A stretch of DNA of 37,893 nt from IMG/VR virus record IMGVR_UViG_3300003690_003362. The stretch is one strand, 5' to 3'. The translations under genes and the position numbers were made by a program. Of the stretch, positions 31,123 through 37,893 are shown one piece after another (the first letter of the stretch is position 1; every line of letters starts with the position of its first letter). The DNA comes from an uncultured virus (IMG/VR IMGVR_UViG_3300003690_003362) (Duplodnaviria; Heunggongvirae; Uroviricota; Caudoviricetes). The notes under the pieces were generated by a model. It did no database searches. It worked only from the letters and a program-made list of their open reading frames with translations, and was not told the origin of the DNA.

Positions 31123-31731
31123 TCAAGAGTTATAACCATCTGGCCTTGTAACGATTTTAATTCCCTCATTACCAATAATTCTAACTGCATCAGCTTTTAT
31201 TGCTATTCCAGATTTTGCTATCGAATCAGGTACACAACCAACTGGGCCCGACTTCAAATTAAAATTGGTATCAATATCTGTTTTTTGACTTATATAAATT
31301 CTAGCTGCATCCGTCATAAAAGGAACAGGAGCAAAAGCATCATTATCAATTATAGGAACAAACATTGGATTAATTTCTATAACAGTCTCTATTTTTTCTC
31401 CCGGTTTTACATATATTTCTTTTGGAGTTGGTGACATTCTGCCAACAACTAGGTCAATAGCTCCGGCTTGAGTATGTCCTTTTCCGCCATATCCAGTAGC
31501 AATTCCTCCTGGGCGATCTCTTCCCAGTACAATAAATGCATTATTAGAATTTTCATATATTACTTCACTATCAGTATCTATGAAATGAGGTATACCTTCT
31601 CTTAAATTAGAGCCATGAATGCCGCTATATTGTTTTGAAATATTATCAGATGAATTATAATTTTCTTTAATTACCGCTCTTTCGGCGGCAGGTAATCCTA
31701 AAAAATCTCTTGATTTATTTGTAAGATCCAT
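31123..31731 (-). CDS. N-terminal part of putative central spike (gp5-C-like beta-strand repeats), ending at an in-frame TGA
   Basis: Short beta-strand repeats AFIVLGRDR, AIDLVVGR, ARIYISQKT, GIAIKADAVRIIGNEGIKIVT; located directly after a gp5-N-like gene. Confidence 0.65.
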   Translation of the reverse strand: MDLTNKSRDFLGLPAAERAVIKENYNSSDNISKQYSGIHGSNLREGIPHFIDTDSEVIYENSNNAFIVLGRDRPGGIATGYGGKGHTQAGAIDLVVGRMSPTPKEIYVKPGEKIETVIEINPMFVPIIDNDAFAPVPFMTDAARIYISQKTDIDTNFNLKSGPVGCVPDSIAKSGIAIKADAVRIIGNEGIKIVTRPDGYNS

Positions 31732-31734
31732 TAA

Positions 31735-33882
31735 TTATTTTCCTTTCCTTAAAATTCCTTGAATCTTTAAAGATGGTGATATACCAGAACTATAATCGCC
31801 AGAATATAAAGGCGACATTGCTCCAGGCACTTGTTTCTCGGTATCATATTCTCCATTATGTGCCATGGCAGTAAACCACATTTTTTGACCTTTGGCTAAA
31901 TATTTATTTAACTGAACATCGTTTTTTCTAGGTATCCAAGTTGGGCCAAAAGCGGTACCACCATATTGTTTTGCAAAAGTTTGCGAAGCTGCAGCTATTG
32001 TTACATACCATGCCTCTAGATGTTCTAAACCCAAAGAACGGCATAAAATATAATATTCCAAAAATGCACTTTGATTATCTTCCCAGCGGGAAATTGATAC
32101 AATTCCAGAAACATCATTGCTGCCCTTGTATTTTAAATTTAAATTTTCTTTCCACCAGAGATATGGTCTTTCTCCTCTTTTATTAAATAATTTTCCCACT
32201 TTACCCCAAGAAAATGCGGAAGTGGTTTCATATCTTTTATTTCTCTTTTTTATAAAATGGCTAGTTGGATATAAAGGAGTTCCTCCACCAACTGCAGGAA
32301 AAGCTAAAGATAAAGTATTTTTATGCCTTTTTGGAACTCTAAATCCCCAAGAATAGCCAGAATTAGGAGGGCTAGTGATTATACTATTTATTAATTCGTA
32401 CAACGCTTCAGCTTGAGTAGGGTCTGGAAGGAAATAATGTCCCCATTTTGACCAAACTAAACGACCACTCCAATAACTAGAATCTTTTAGTTCACTAACT
32501 GAAGCTTTTTGATTGACCCCTGGTCCAGTTCTAAGGCCCGGTGTTCCAAATGGTCCTAAAATATAAGGCTTTGTACCATCTGGTAAGCGTTTGTTTAACA
32601 TCCATTGATTATAATTTTGTTTAAATTCTTTAAATTCATTTGATTCTATAACCTCGTGCATAGATAAAGAGGAATCCCATTTAGCAGAATCATTTAGAAA
32701 AATATCTCCATCAACTGGAGATGATACAGAACAACCTATCGACTTAGAAGAAAATACATCTTTTTCATCAATAACTAATCCATATGGCACATTTACTCTT
32801 ATTGTACAAGCTTTATCTATATGTCCTTTTTTAAGCACTATTAAACCTGAAGGATTTCCGTCTACTCTGGAGTTCATAGAAATAGTATAATGCATTGTAG
32901 GATTTTTAAAAATATTTTTATAAAAATAAACAGAAGAAGCGCCAGATTCTTTAATTATAAGCATTTTAGTTTCTTTTCTACGATTTATTTCAACTTTATC
33001 TGGTAAATAAAAAGCTAATTTTTTCTTTCTATATTGACGCAAATTATGTTCTTCTGTCACAGGTTTATTAGAATAAGGAATAATATCATATTTCTTTATT
33101 TTTGAATAATCTGACTCTTTATCAACATAGATTTCTCTAGGCTTATTTGAAGCTTTGGATAGTTCGTAAATTGTTATTGGATCAATAAGAGAGCCTTTTC
33201 TTTTGAAAACAATATTAGGATATCCAGGCGTTGGATCATAATGTAATGTTGGATCGGCACCATGAATCATTCCTTGTGCTAGTCCAGCTTCTTCAAATGC
33301 GCTTTGTGGAGAACCTGCAGCTTGACTTGAATCTCCACCAATAATTCTATTGGAAAAAATAATTCGTCTTGGTCCGTTCTGATATGGTCCCAAATAAATA
33401 GGATCAGTCCAATAATATGGGTTATCTCCAGGTTTATGTCGCCAAGTTACTCTAATTAATTCTAATGGTTGTGGTATTATAGTCGACTCGTCTGTAGAAA
33501 TAAAAGCCGGTCTTAAATCTGTTAATACATTATCACACACATCAGAAGGAGATTCAGGAAGCGGAAAGTGGTCTAAGCCTTGTACCCAAGCACGAACTTT
33601 GATTGTTTTATTTAATGCTGCGCCATTTCCAGCGTTAGCTTGTATTAATGCGTGTGTAGAATCAAGGGTATCTCTAAACTTATTATCAGTTTCAATACAG
33701 AGCGCAACTGCCAAATATTCATTTTGCCTAATTTCTACTTTGTGATTGTTGATGTATTTATCAACGATCAAACGACTAACATAATCAAACGGAGATCTTT
33801 GTAAACGATCTAAATTTAATTCTTCTTCGTCTGGATTTTTTCTGAGTGTATTGATTCTTGGTATAAATCTGGACTTAGACAT
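31735..33882 (-). CDS. gp5-like baseplate hub protein: OB-fold-like N-terminus plus degenerate N-acetylmuramoyl-L-alanine amidase-like domain (715 aa)
   Basis: IKVRAWVQGLD..P.P...IPQPLELIRVTW...PIYLGP (gp5/VgrG OB pattern), then MLIIKES...MHYTI...SIGCS...PTQAEALYELINSI (Amidase_2 motif order). Confidence 0.55.
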   Translation of the reverse strand: MSKSRFIPRINTLRKNPDEEELNLDRLQRSPFDYVSRLIVDKYINNHKVEIRQNEYLAVALCIETDNKFRDTLDSTHALIQANAGNGAALNKTIKVRAWVQGLDHFPLPESPSDVCDNVLTDLRPAFISTDESTIIPQPLELIRVTWRHKPGDNPYYWTDPIYLGPYQNGPRRIIFSNRIIGGDSSQAAGSPQSAFEEAGLAQGMIHGADPTLHYDPTPGYPNIVFKRKGSLIDPITIYELSKASNKPREIYVDKESDYSKIKKYDIIPYSNKPVTEEHNLRQYRKKKLAFYLPDKVEINRRKETKMLIIKESGASSVYFYKNIFKNPTMHYTISMNSRVDGNPSGLIVLKKGHIDKACTIRVNVPYGLVIDEKDVFSSKSIGCSVSSPVDGDIFLNDSAKWDSSLSMHEVIESNEFKEFKQNYNQWMLNKRLPDGTKPYILGPFGTPGLRTGPGVNQKASVSELKDSSYWSGRLVWSKWGHYFLPDPTQAEALYELINSIITSPPNSGYSWGFRVPKRHKNTLSLAFPAVGGGTPLYPTSHFIKKRNKRYETTSAFSWGKVGKLFNKRGERPYLWWKENLNLKYKGSNDVSGIVSISRWEDNQSAFLEYYILCRSLGLEHLEAWYVTIAAASQTFAKQYGGTAFGPTWIPRKNDVQLNKYLAKGQKMWFTAMAHNGEYDTEKQVPGAMSPLYSGDYSSGISPSLKIQGILRKGK

Positions 33883-34194
33883 TTACCCAGTTCCTTGAAT
33901 AATATCAAATAACTCGTCTTTATCTTCATTTGACAAGGCTACATCTTCTGTTTTAGATGAGTTTTTCTGCAATAAAACTGTGACTTTGACTAATTGCTCG
34001 TTGGACCTTTGAAGGGTCTCAACATATTTTGCAGCAATTTGTCCCAACTCTTTATGCGAATCATATGCCTGTGGTGAATTTTTTATTTCAATTATCAAAT
34101 CTGACAATAGAGTGCTGGTTATTGCACGATCATTGTTGATGTTTGTAATTACATCACTAATATATTCTTCTAATTCTTTTAATCGTTGTCCCAT
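33883..34194 (-). CDS. Small helical/coiled-coil protein (103 aa); weak resemblance to T4-type small terminase
   Basis: Amphipathic helices, KYVETLQRSNEQLVK; overlaps the end of the sigma gene. Confidence 0.6.
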   Translation of the reverse strand: MGQRLKELEEYISDVITNINNDRAITSTLLSDLIIEIKNSPQAYDSHKELGQIAAKYVETLQRSNEQLVKVTVLLQKNSSKTEDVALSNEDKDELFDIIQGTG

Positions 34195-34859
34195 TTCTTT
34201 TTAAACTCCCGATATCTGGTTCTTAACTTATTTAAATTATTGACCACTTGTTTTGTATTTAAATTTGTGATCTCCCTTAGATATAAATAAATAGCTTTTT
34301 TATTAAAAATTTCGATATCTTCAGAGTTCTCAAAGAGTATTTTTATTGCTTCTAGTACTTTTCGTTCATTAACTTTAAGATTTTCCTCTTCCCATGTGTT
34401 CATGTGCCCAAACAAAGAGGCCCAGAATTCTCTGTCGGTTCTCTTTTTAATGTATTCATTTTCAGTAGAAAGATATTCAGTCACAAGCTCATTTTTTAAT
34501 CTGTCTAGTCGAAGCTCCTTTTGAACTTGTTTCGTTGTTTTTTTGACCTTATGAATAAACCAATTTTTAGTGATAACACTAAAATAAGAAAAAGCCTTAG
34601 AGCCTTTGTCTGGATCGAATTTGTCTAAAATTGTCATGAGCCATATTTTACACTCTTCTTTAAGAACATCGATATTTGGCAAATTAGTAAACTTGTAAGT
34701 GTAAACTATTTTGTCAACCATTTCGTCAAATACTGGTCCTATAAATTGAATATATAATTTTGTTCTAATTTTAATATCTTTTGTTTGTGTATATTGCACA
34801 ATAGCATCTTGATGTTCTATTGTAAAATAATGATTTTTTCTTGTTCTTTTAGCTGTCAT
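34179..34859 (-). CDS. Phage-encoded sigma-70-family factor, T4 gp55-like late sigma (226 aa)
   Basis: Region-2 motif LDKFDPDKGSKAFSYFSVITKNWFI; N-terminal KNHYF as in gp55-like proteins; C-terminal HTH-like helices. Confidence 0.75.
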   Translation of the reverse strand: MTAKRTRKNHYFTIEHQDAIVQYTQTKDIKIRTKLYIQFIGPVFDEMVDKIVYTYKFTNLPNIDVLKEECKIWLMTILDKFDPDKGSKAFSYFSVITKNWFIHKVKKTTKQVQKELRLDRLKNELVTEYLSTENEYIKKRTDREFWASLFGHMNTWEEENLKVNERKVLEAIKILFENSEDIEIFNKKAIYLYLREITNLNTKQVVNNLNKLRTRYREFKKKWDND

Positions 34860-35181
34860 CTAGATCTTCCTGTTCTTCTACTTCATCGTGAGTTGTTTCA
34901 TCGTGAGTTATTTCATCGTGAGTTATTTCATAAATATCTTTATATGCGGTGATTTCTTTAACTATGCCGCGAGAATGTTCTAACAGATGTTCTATTGTTT
35001 CATCACCATAATATGTTTCCATATTATATACAGTTTCTACATGTTCAGAATATTCTTGTAAATCTTGTAAAAAATCTCCAATATTATCAGATACAAACAA
35101 TAATTTCTTTAACAAAGTATAGACATACCAAACAAAAAATACATTAATTATTGTCGATATTATTAAAATTGTAATAATCAT
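34849..35181 (-). CDS. Small membrane-anchored protein (110 aa) with acidic tail
   Basis: Hydrophobic N-terminal helix IITILIISTIINVFFVWYVYTLL; ATGA-coupled to the upstream gene. Confidence 0.75.
   Translation of the reverse strand: MIITILIISTIINVFFVWYVYTLLKKLLFVSDNIGDFLQDLQEYSEHVETVYNMETYYGDETIEHLLEHSRGIVKEITAYKDIYEITHDEITHDETTHDEVEEQEDLDDS
34882..34931. repeat. 15-nt tandem repeat x3 (EITHD/ETTHD)
   Basis: ttcatcgtgagttRt three times plus ttcat. Confidence 0.95.
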
Positions 35182-35435
35182 TCTTTGTATTCCTGTTGAC
35201 GTAATTGTTCTTTTTCTTTTTGAAGCTCTTCTTTGCTATCTTCTATATGTTCTTGTACTAAACTACCGACTTTCCGCTCTTTTTCTTCCTTTCGAAAAAA
35301 AGCAAAATTACTAGGAAGTCTGATTAATGTATCTGATAATTCACAAGTTTCGCAATCAACTATTCTTTCAGCCATTGAATGGCTTTCTTTAAATTCGTTT
35401 TTACAATTTGTACAACGATACAGATATATAGGCAT
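35178..35435 (-). CDS. FmdB-family zinc-ribbon protein (85 aa)
   Basis: MPIYLYRCTNC...F......CETC matches MPxYxYxCxxC...CxxC. Confidence 0.85.
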   Translation of the reverse strand: MPIYLYRCTNCKNEFKESHSMAERIVDCETCELSDTLIRLPSNFAFFRKEEKERKVGSLVQEHIEDSKEELQKEKEQLRQQEYKE

Positions 35436-35680
35436 TATTTATTTTTCTCCGTGACAACATCAAAATCAAATGATTGTTGTAAATTTTCTTCCGCCTCATC
35501 GTCAAATTTTACTATCGGAGGGTTTAAAACCATCAGCCCTGTATCCGACAATCTAAATTTCATTCCTTTTAATACCGGCACAATGTCGCTTTGTTCTAAA
35601 AGCGATTTTTGTAGAGCCATCATTATGGCGCCGATTGCTTGATCATTCATAAACATATTTTTATCGTTTTCTTCAGTCAT
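35435..35680 (-). CDS. Hypothetical protein (81 aa)
   Basis: SD AAGGAG; overlaps both neighbours in the operon. Confidence 0.7.
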   Translation of the reverse strand: MTEENDKNMFMNDQAIGAIMMALQKSLLEQSDIVPVLKGMKFRLSDTGLMVLNPPIVKFDDEAEENLQQSFDFDVVTEKNK

Positions 35681-36503
35681 TTTTTATCTCCTTAAAACAC
35701 TTATCAATAGAAACACTAGGTTTTATTTTAGCACACCATCCAATATTTTTTAATTTACTTATATCGGCCAATGTGTGTTTAACATCTCCTTTTCTTGCAG
35801 GCTTAAATACCCAATCAATAGTGTGATATTTGTTAACAATATTTTTAATCGCATTAATAGAAATAGAAACTCCAGTCCCTACCTCATAAGTTATTCCATT
35901 AAAGTTTTCTTTATAATTCATACAAAATAAATTTACATCAATTATATCGTTGACATGCACAAAATCTCTTGTTTGAGTGCCGTCTCCTTCTAATATTATT
36001 CTTTGATCTTTTTTTAACATTTCCATCCAAGCACAGATAACAGTTGAATAAGCACCTCCATATTCTTGATCTTCAGAAAAAACATTAAAATATCTCAAAG
36101 AAACTGTATCTAGTTTGTATAATTGTGAATATAATTTACATTCCATCTCTGATATTAGTTTTTGAAGACCATATGGCGATTTTGGGCCAATGCCATCTCC
36201 TATAGTCGCAGAAGAAGATGAAAATATTACTCTCTTTACATCATGTTTTTTTGCCCACTCAAGAAGAATAGACGTTGATAAAACATTTTGTTTCATTGTA
36301 TAACTTGGATTTTCAACCGAATATTCCACTCTTGGTAAAGCTGCAAAATGAAAAACGTAATCAAAATGGTCATCAGGAAGACAAGATATAATATTCTCGC
36401 CTTCTTTTAAGTCAATGCCACGTACATTATGACCCAATTCTAACAACCTTTTATACATTTTGTTTCCAATATATCCTTTATGGCCGGTCACTAAACACTT
36501 CAT
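35673..36503 (-). CDS. NAD-dependent nucleotide-sugar epimerase/dehydratase (extended SDR, GalE/WbpP-like)
   Basis: TGHKGYIG Rossmann motif, SSSSA, YGLQK (YxxxK), LRYFNVF, GDGTQTRDFVHV. Confidence 0.92.
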   Translation of the reverse strand: MKCLVTGHKGYIGNKMYKRLLELGHNVRGIDLKEGENIISCLPDDHFDYVFHFAALPRVEYSVENPSYTMKQNVLSTSILLEWAKKHDVKRVIFSSSSATIGDGIGPKSPYGLQKLISEMECKLYSQLYKLDTVSLRYFNVFSEDQEYGGAYSTVICAWMEMLKKDQRIILEGDGTQTRDFVHVNDIIDVNLFCMNYKENFNGITYEVGTGVSISINAIKNIVNKYHTIDWVFKPARKGDVKHTLADISKLKNIGWCAKIKPSVSIDKCFKEIKND

Positions 36504-36537
36504 TACCTGTCACTCCTTTATCTTTTCTTGCAAAATT

Positions 36538-37533
36538 TTATCTCCTTTTCTTATAAAATTCTATAGAATTTTTTATTAATTCCAAATCACTATGTACCAT
36601 TTTTTTTATCATCTCGTTAAATGATGTTTTGGGCTTCCAATTCAACAATTGACTAGCCTTGGATGTGTCGCCTACCAAATGATCCACTTCTGATGGTCTC
36701 ATGAATTTTTCATCTTGCTTAATATACGGTTTCCAGTTTTTTATTCCTATTTCATTGAATGCAACATCTAAAAAATCTCTAATTGAATGACTTTCTTCTG
36801 TCGCAATAACATAATCATCTGCTTTGTCCTGTTGTAACATTAACCACATCGCCTCAACATAATCCGGCGCGTATCCCCAATCTCTACGTGCATTTAAGTT
36901 GCCCAATGCAATATGATCCGTTAAGCCTAACTTAATTCTGGCTATGCCGTCAGTTATCTTGCGAGTCACAAACTCGTGGCCTCGGCGCTCTGATTCATGA
37001 TTAAATAATATTCCACACACATTGAACATCCCATATGCTTCACGATAATTTTTAGTAATCCAATGCCCATATAATTTTGCAACCCCGTATGGGCTTCTGG
37101 GGTAAAAAGGTGTAGTTTCTCTTTGGGGCGACTCTCTTACCTTTCCGAACATTTCTGAACTACTAGCTTGATAAAATTTAATAGGTTTATTATAATTTCT
37201 AATTGCCTCTAGCATTCTTAATACCCCTAGACCTGTTATTTCACTTGTCTGTATTGGTATGTGAAAACTTGTATGTACAAATGATTGTGCTGCTAAATTA
37301 TATACTTCATCCGGATTGGATTTATGTAATGCTCGCAGCAAGGATGTTTGATCTAATAAATCGCCGGATATAATAGTTATTCGATCCATAAGGTGTTTAA
37401 TGTTTGTTAAGTTTTTATTAGCCGTGCGTCGTTCTAGTCCAAAAACCTCATATCCCTTTTCAAGCAAAAAATCTGCTAAATGGCTACCATCCATTCCTGT
37501 TATGCCAGTTATTAATACGCGCTTTTTTGTCAT
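36538..37533 (-). CDS. gmd: GDP-mannose 4,6-dehydratase
   Basis: GITGMDGSHLA, YNLAAQSFV, FYQASSSEMFG, PRSPYGVAK, FNHESERRG, LGNLNARRDWG. Confidence 0.96.
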   Translation of the reverse strand: MTKKRVLITGITGMDGSHLADFLLEKGYEVFGLERRTANKNLTNIKHLMDRITIISGDLLDQTSLLRALHKSNPDEVYNLAAQSFVHTSFHIPIQTSEITGLGVLRMLEAIRNYNKPIKFYQASSSEMFGKVRESPQRETTPFYPRSPYGVAKLYGHWITKNYREAYGMFNVCGILFNHESERRGHEFVTRKITDGIARIKLGLTDHIALGNLNARRDWGYAPDYVEAMWLMLQQDKADDYVIATEESHSIRDFLDVAFNEIGIKNWKPYIKQDEKFMRPSEVDHLVGDTSKASQLLNWKPKTSFNEMIKKMVHSDLELIKNSIEFYKKRR

Positions 37534-37892
37534 TATAAAACTCCCATCGTTTTTAGCTTTTTGTTATTACGCTCTTGCAAAAGATTAAATTTAGATCCTG
37601 GCAAAATAGGCTTGTGTTTATTAGATGAATTGTGCCAATGCCACGCAAACGATTCCAAAAATAAATATTCTGAAATTATTTCATTTGGAGAAAACCAACC
37701 TTCTTCCACCTTTACACTTAATTCTTTATTAGTTTTGCTTATAAGCCATTCAGTGTTAAAAAAGGGCGATGGAAATACTGTGAAAGCAGCAGAGTCCTTT
37801 CTATAAACATATCCCATCATATCTTCATCAAAACACGTAGTTCTTACACGTATAGGAGTCTTTATTAACTGTTGCATACAATTTTCAATATA
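37533..37892 (-). CDS. C-terminal part of a probable DXD glycosyltransferase (GT32/Gb3-synthase-like), 5'-truncated
   Basis: Frame open to the window edge (YIENCMQQ...). FPSPFFNTEW...FAWHWHNS...ILPGS resembles the GT32 C-terminal 'HxWN' motif; adjacent to gmd. Confidence 0.6.
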   Translation of the reverse strand, partial: YIENCMQQLIKTPIRVRTTCFDEDMMGYVYRKDSAAFTVFPSPFFNTEWLISKTNKELSVKVEEGWFSPNEIISEYLFLESFAWHWHNSSNKHKPILPGSKFNLLQERNNKKLKTMGVL

Positions 37893-37893
37893 T

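Noticed and set aside
22136..33882. Bacterial eCIS/T6SS/tailocin locus instead of a phage
   Set aside because: T4-type gp6, a gp55-like sigma, giant unknown genes and the absence of host housekeeping genes fit a large phage better; capsid genes are not in the window, so this is not formally excluded.
31123..35675. Genome-wide TGA reassignment (code 4/25) or TAG recoding
   Set aside because: Multi-kb ORFs contain no internal TGA or TAG, and both codons end genes at sensible junctions (35178, 35673; 810, 23965).
1..37893. tRNA, rRNA, IS elements, Rho-independent terminators
   Set aside because: Intergenic gaps are under about 110 nt and none shows a convincing cloverleaf, transposase or GC stem with U-tract.

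Overview
AT-rich fragment of a large (T4-like/jumbo) myophage genome, probably a metagenome scaffold (110-N gap at 24596-24705). Every credible gene lies on the minus strand, tightly packed and often coupled by TAATG/ATGA overlaps. In transcription order (right to left): a sugar module (partial GT32-like glycosyltransferase, GDP-mannose 4,6-dehydratase, NAD-dependent epimerase), small genes (FmdB-type Zn ribbon, membrane protein), a gp55-like late sigma factor, then a baseplate/tail operon. The operon holds a gp5-like OB-fold protein fused to an apparently dead amidase, a beta-rich spike with an HxH motif split by one in-frame TGA, a >2000-aa unknown protein, gp25, gp6, a DNRLRE-like protein, a 2844-aa LamG/wedge protein and several accessory baseplate/fibre-anchor proteins. 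Best leads: (1) a GC-rich ~145-aa domain cassette inserted in frame in two otherwise dissimilar structural genes 20 kb apart, with closely matching ends; (2) two candidate recoding sites (TGA followed by a hairpin; a -1 frameshift); (3) the catalytically degenerate amidase; (4) recurring GC-rich in-frame patches and tandem duplications in virion genes. All family assignments come from reading motifs by eye, not from database searches.
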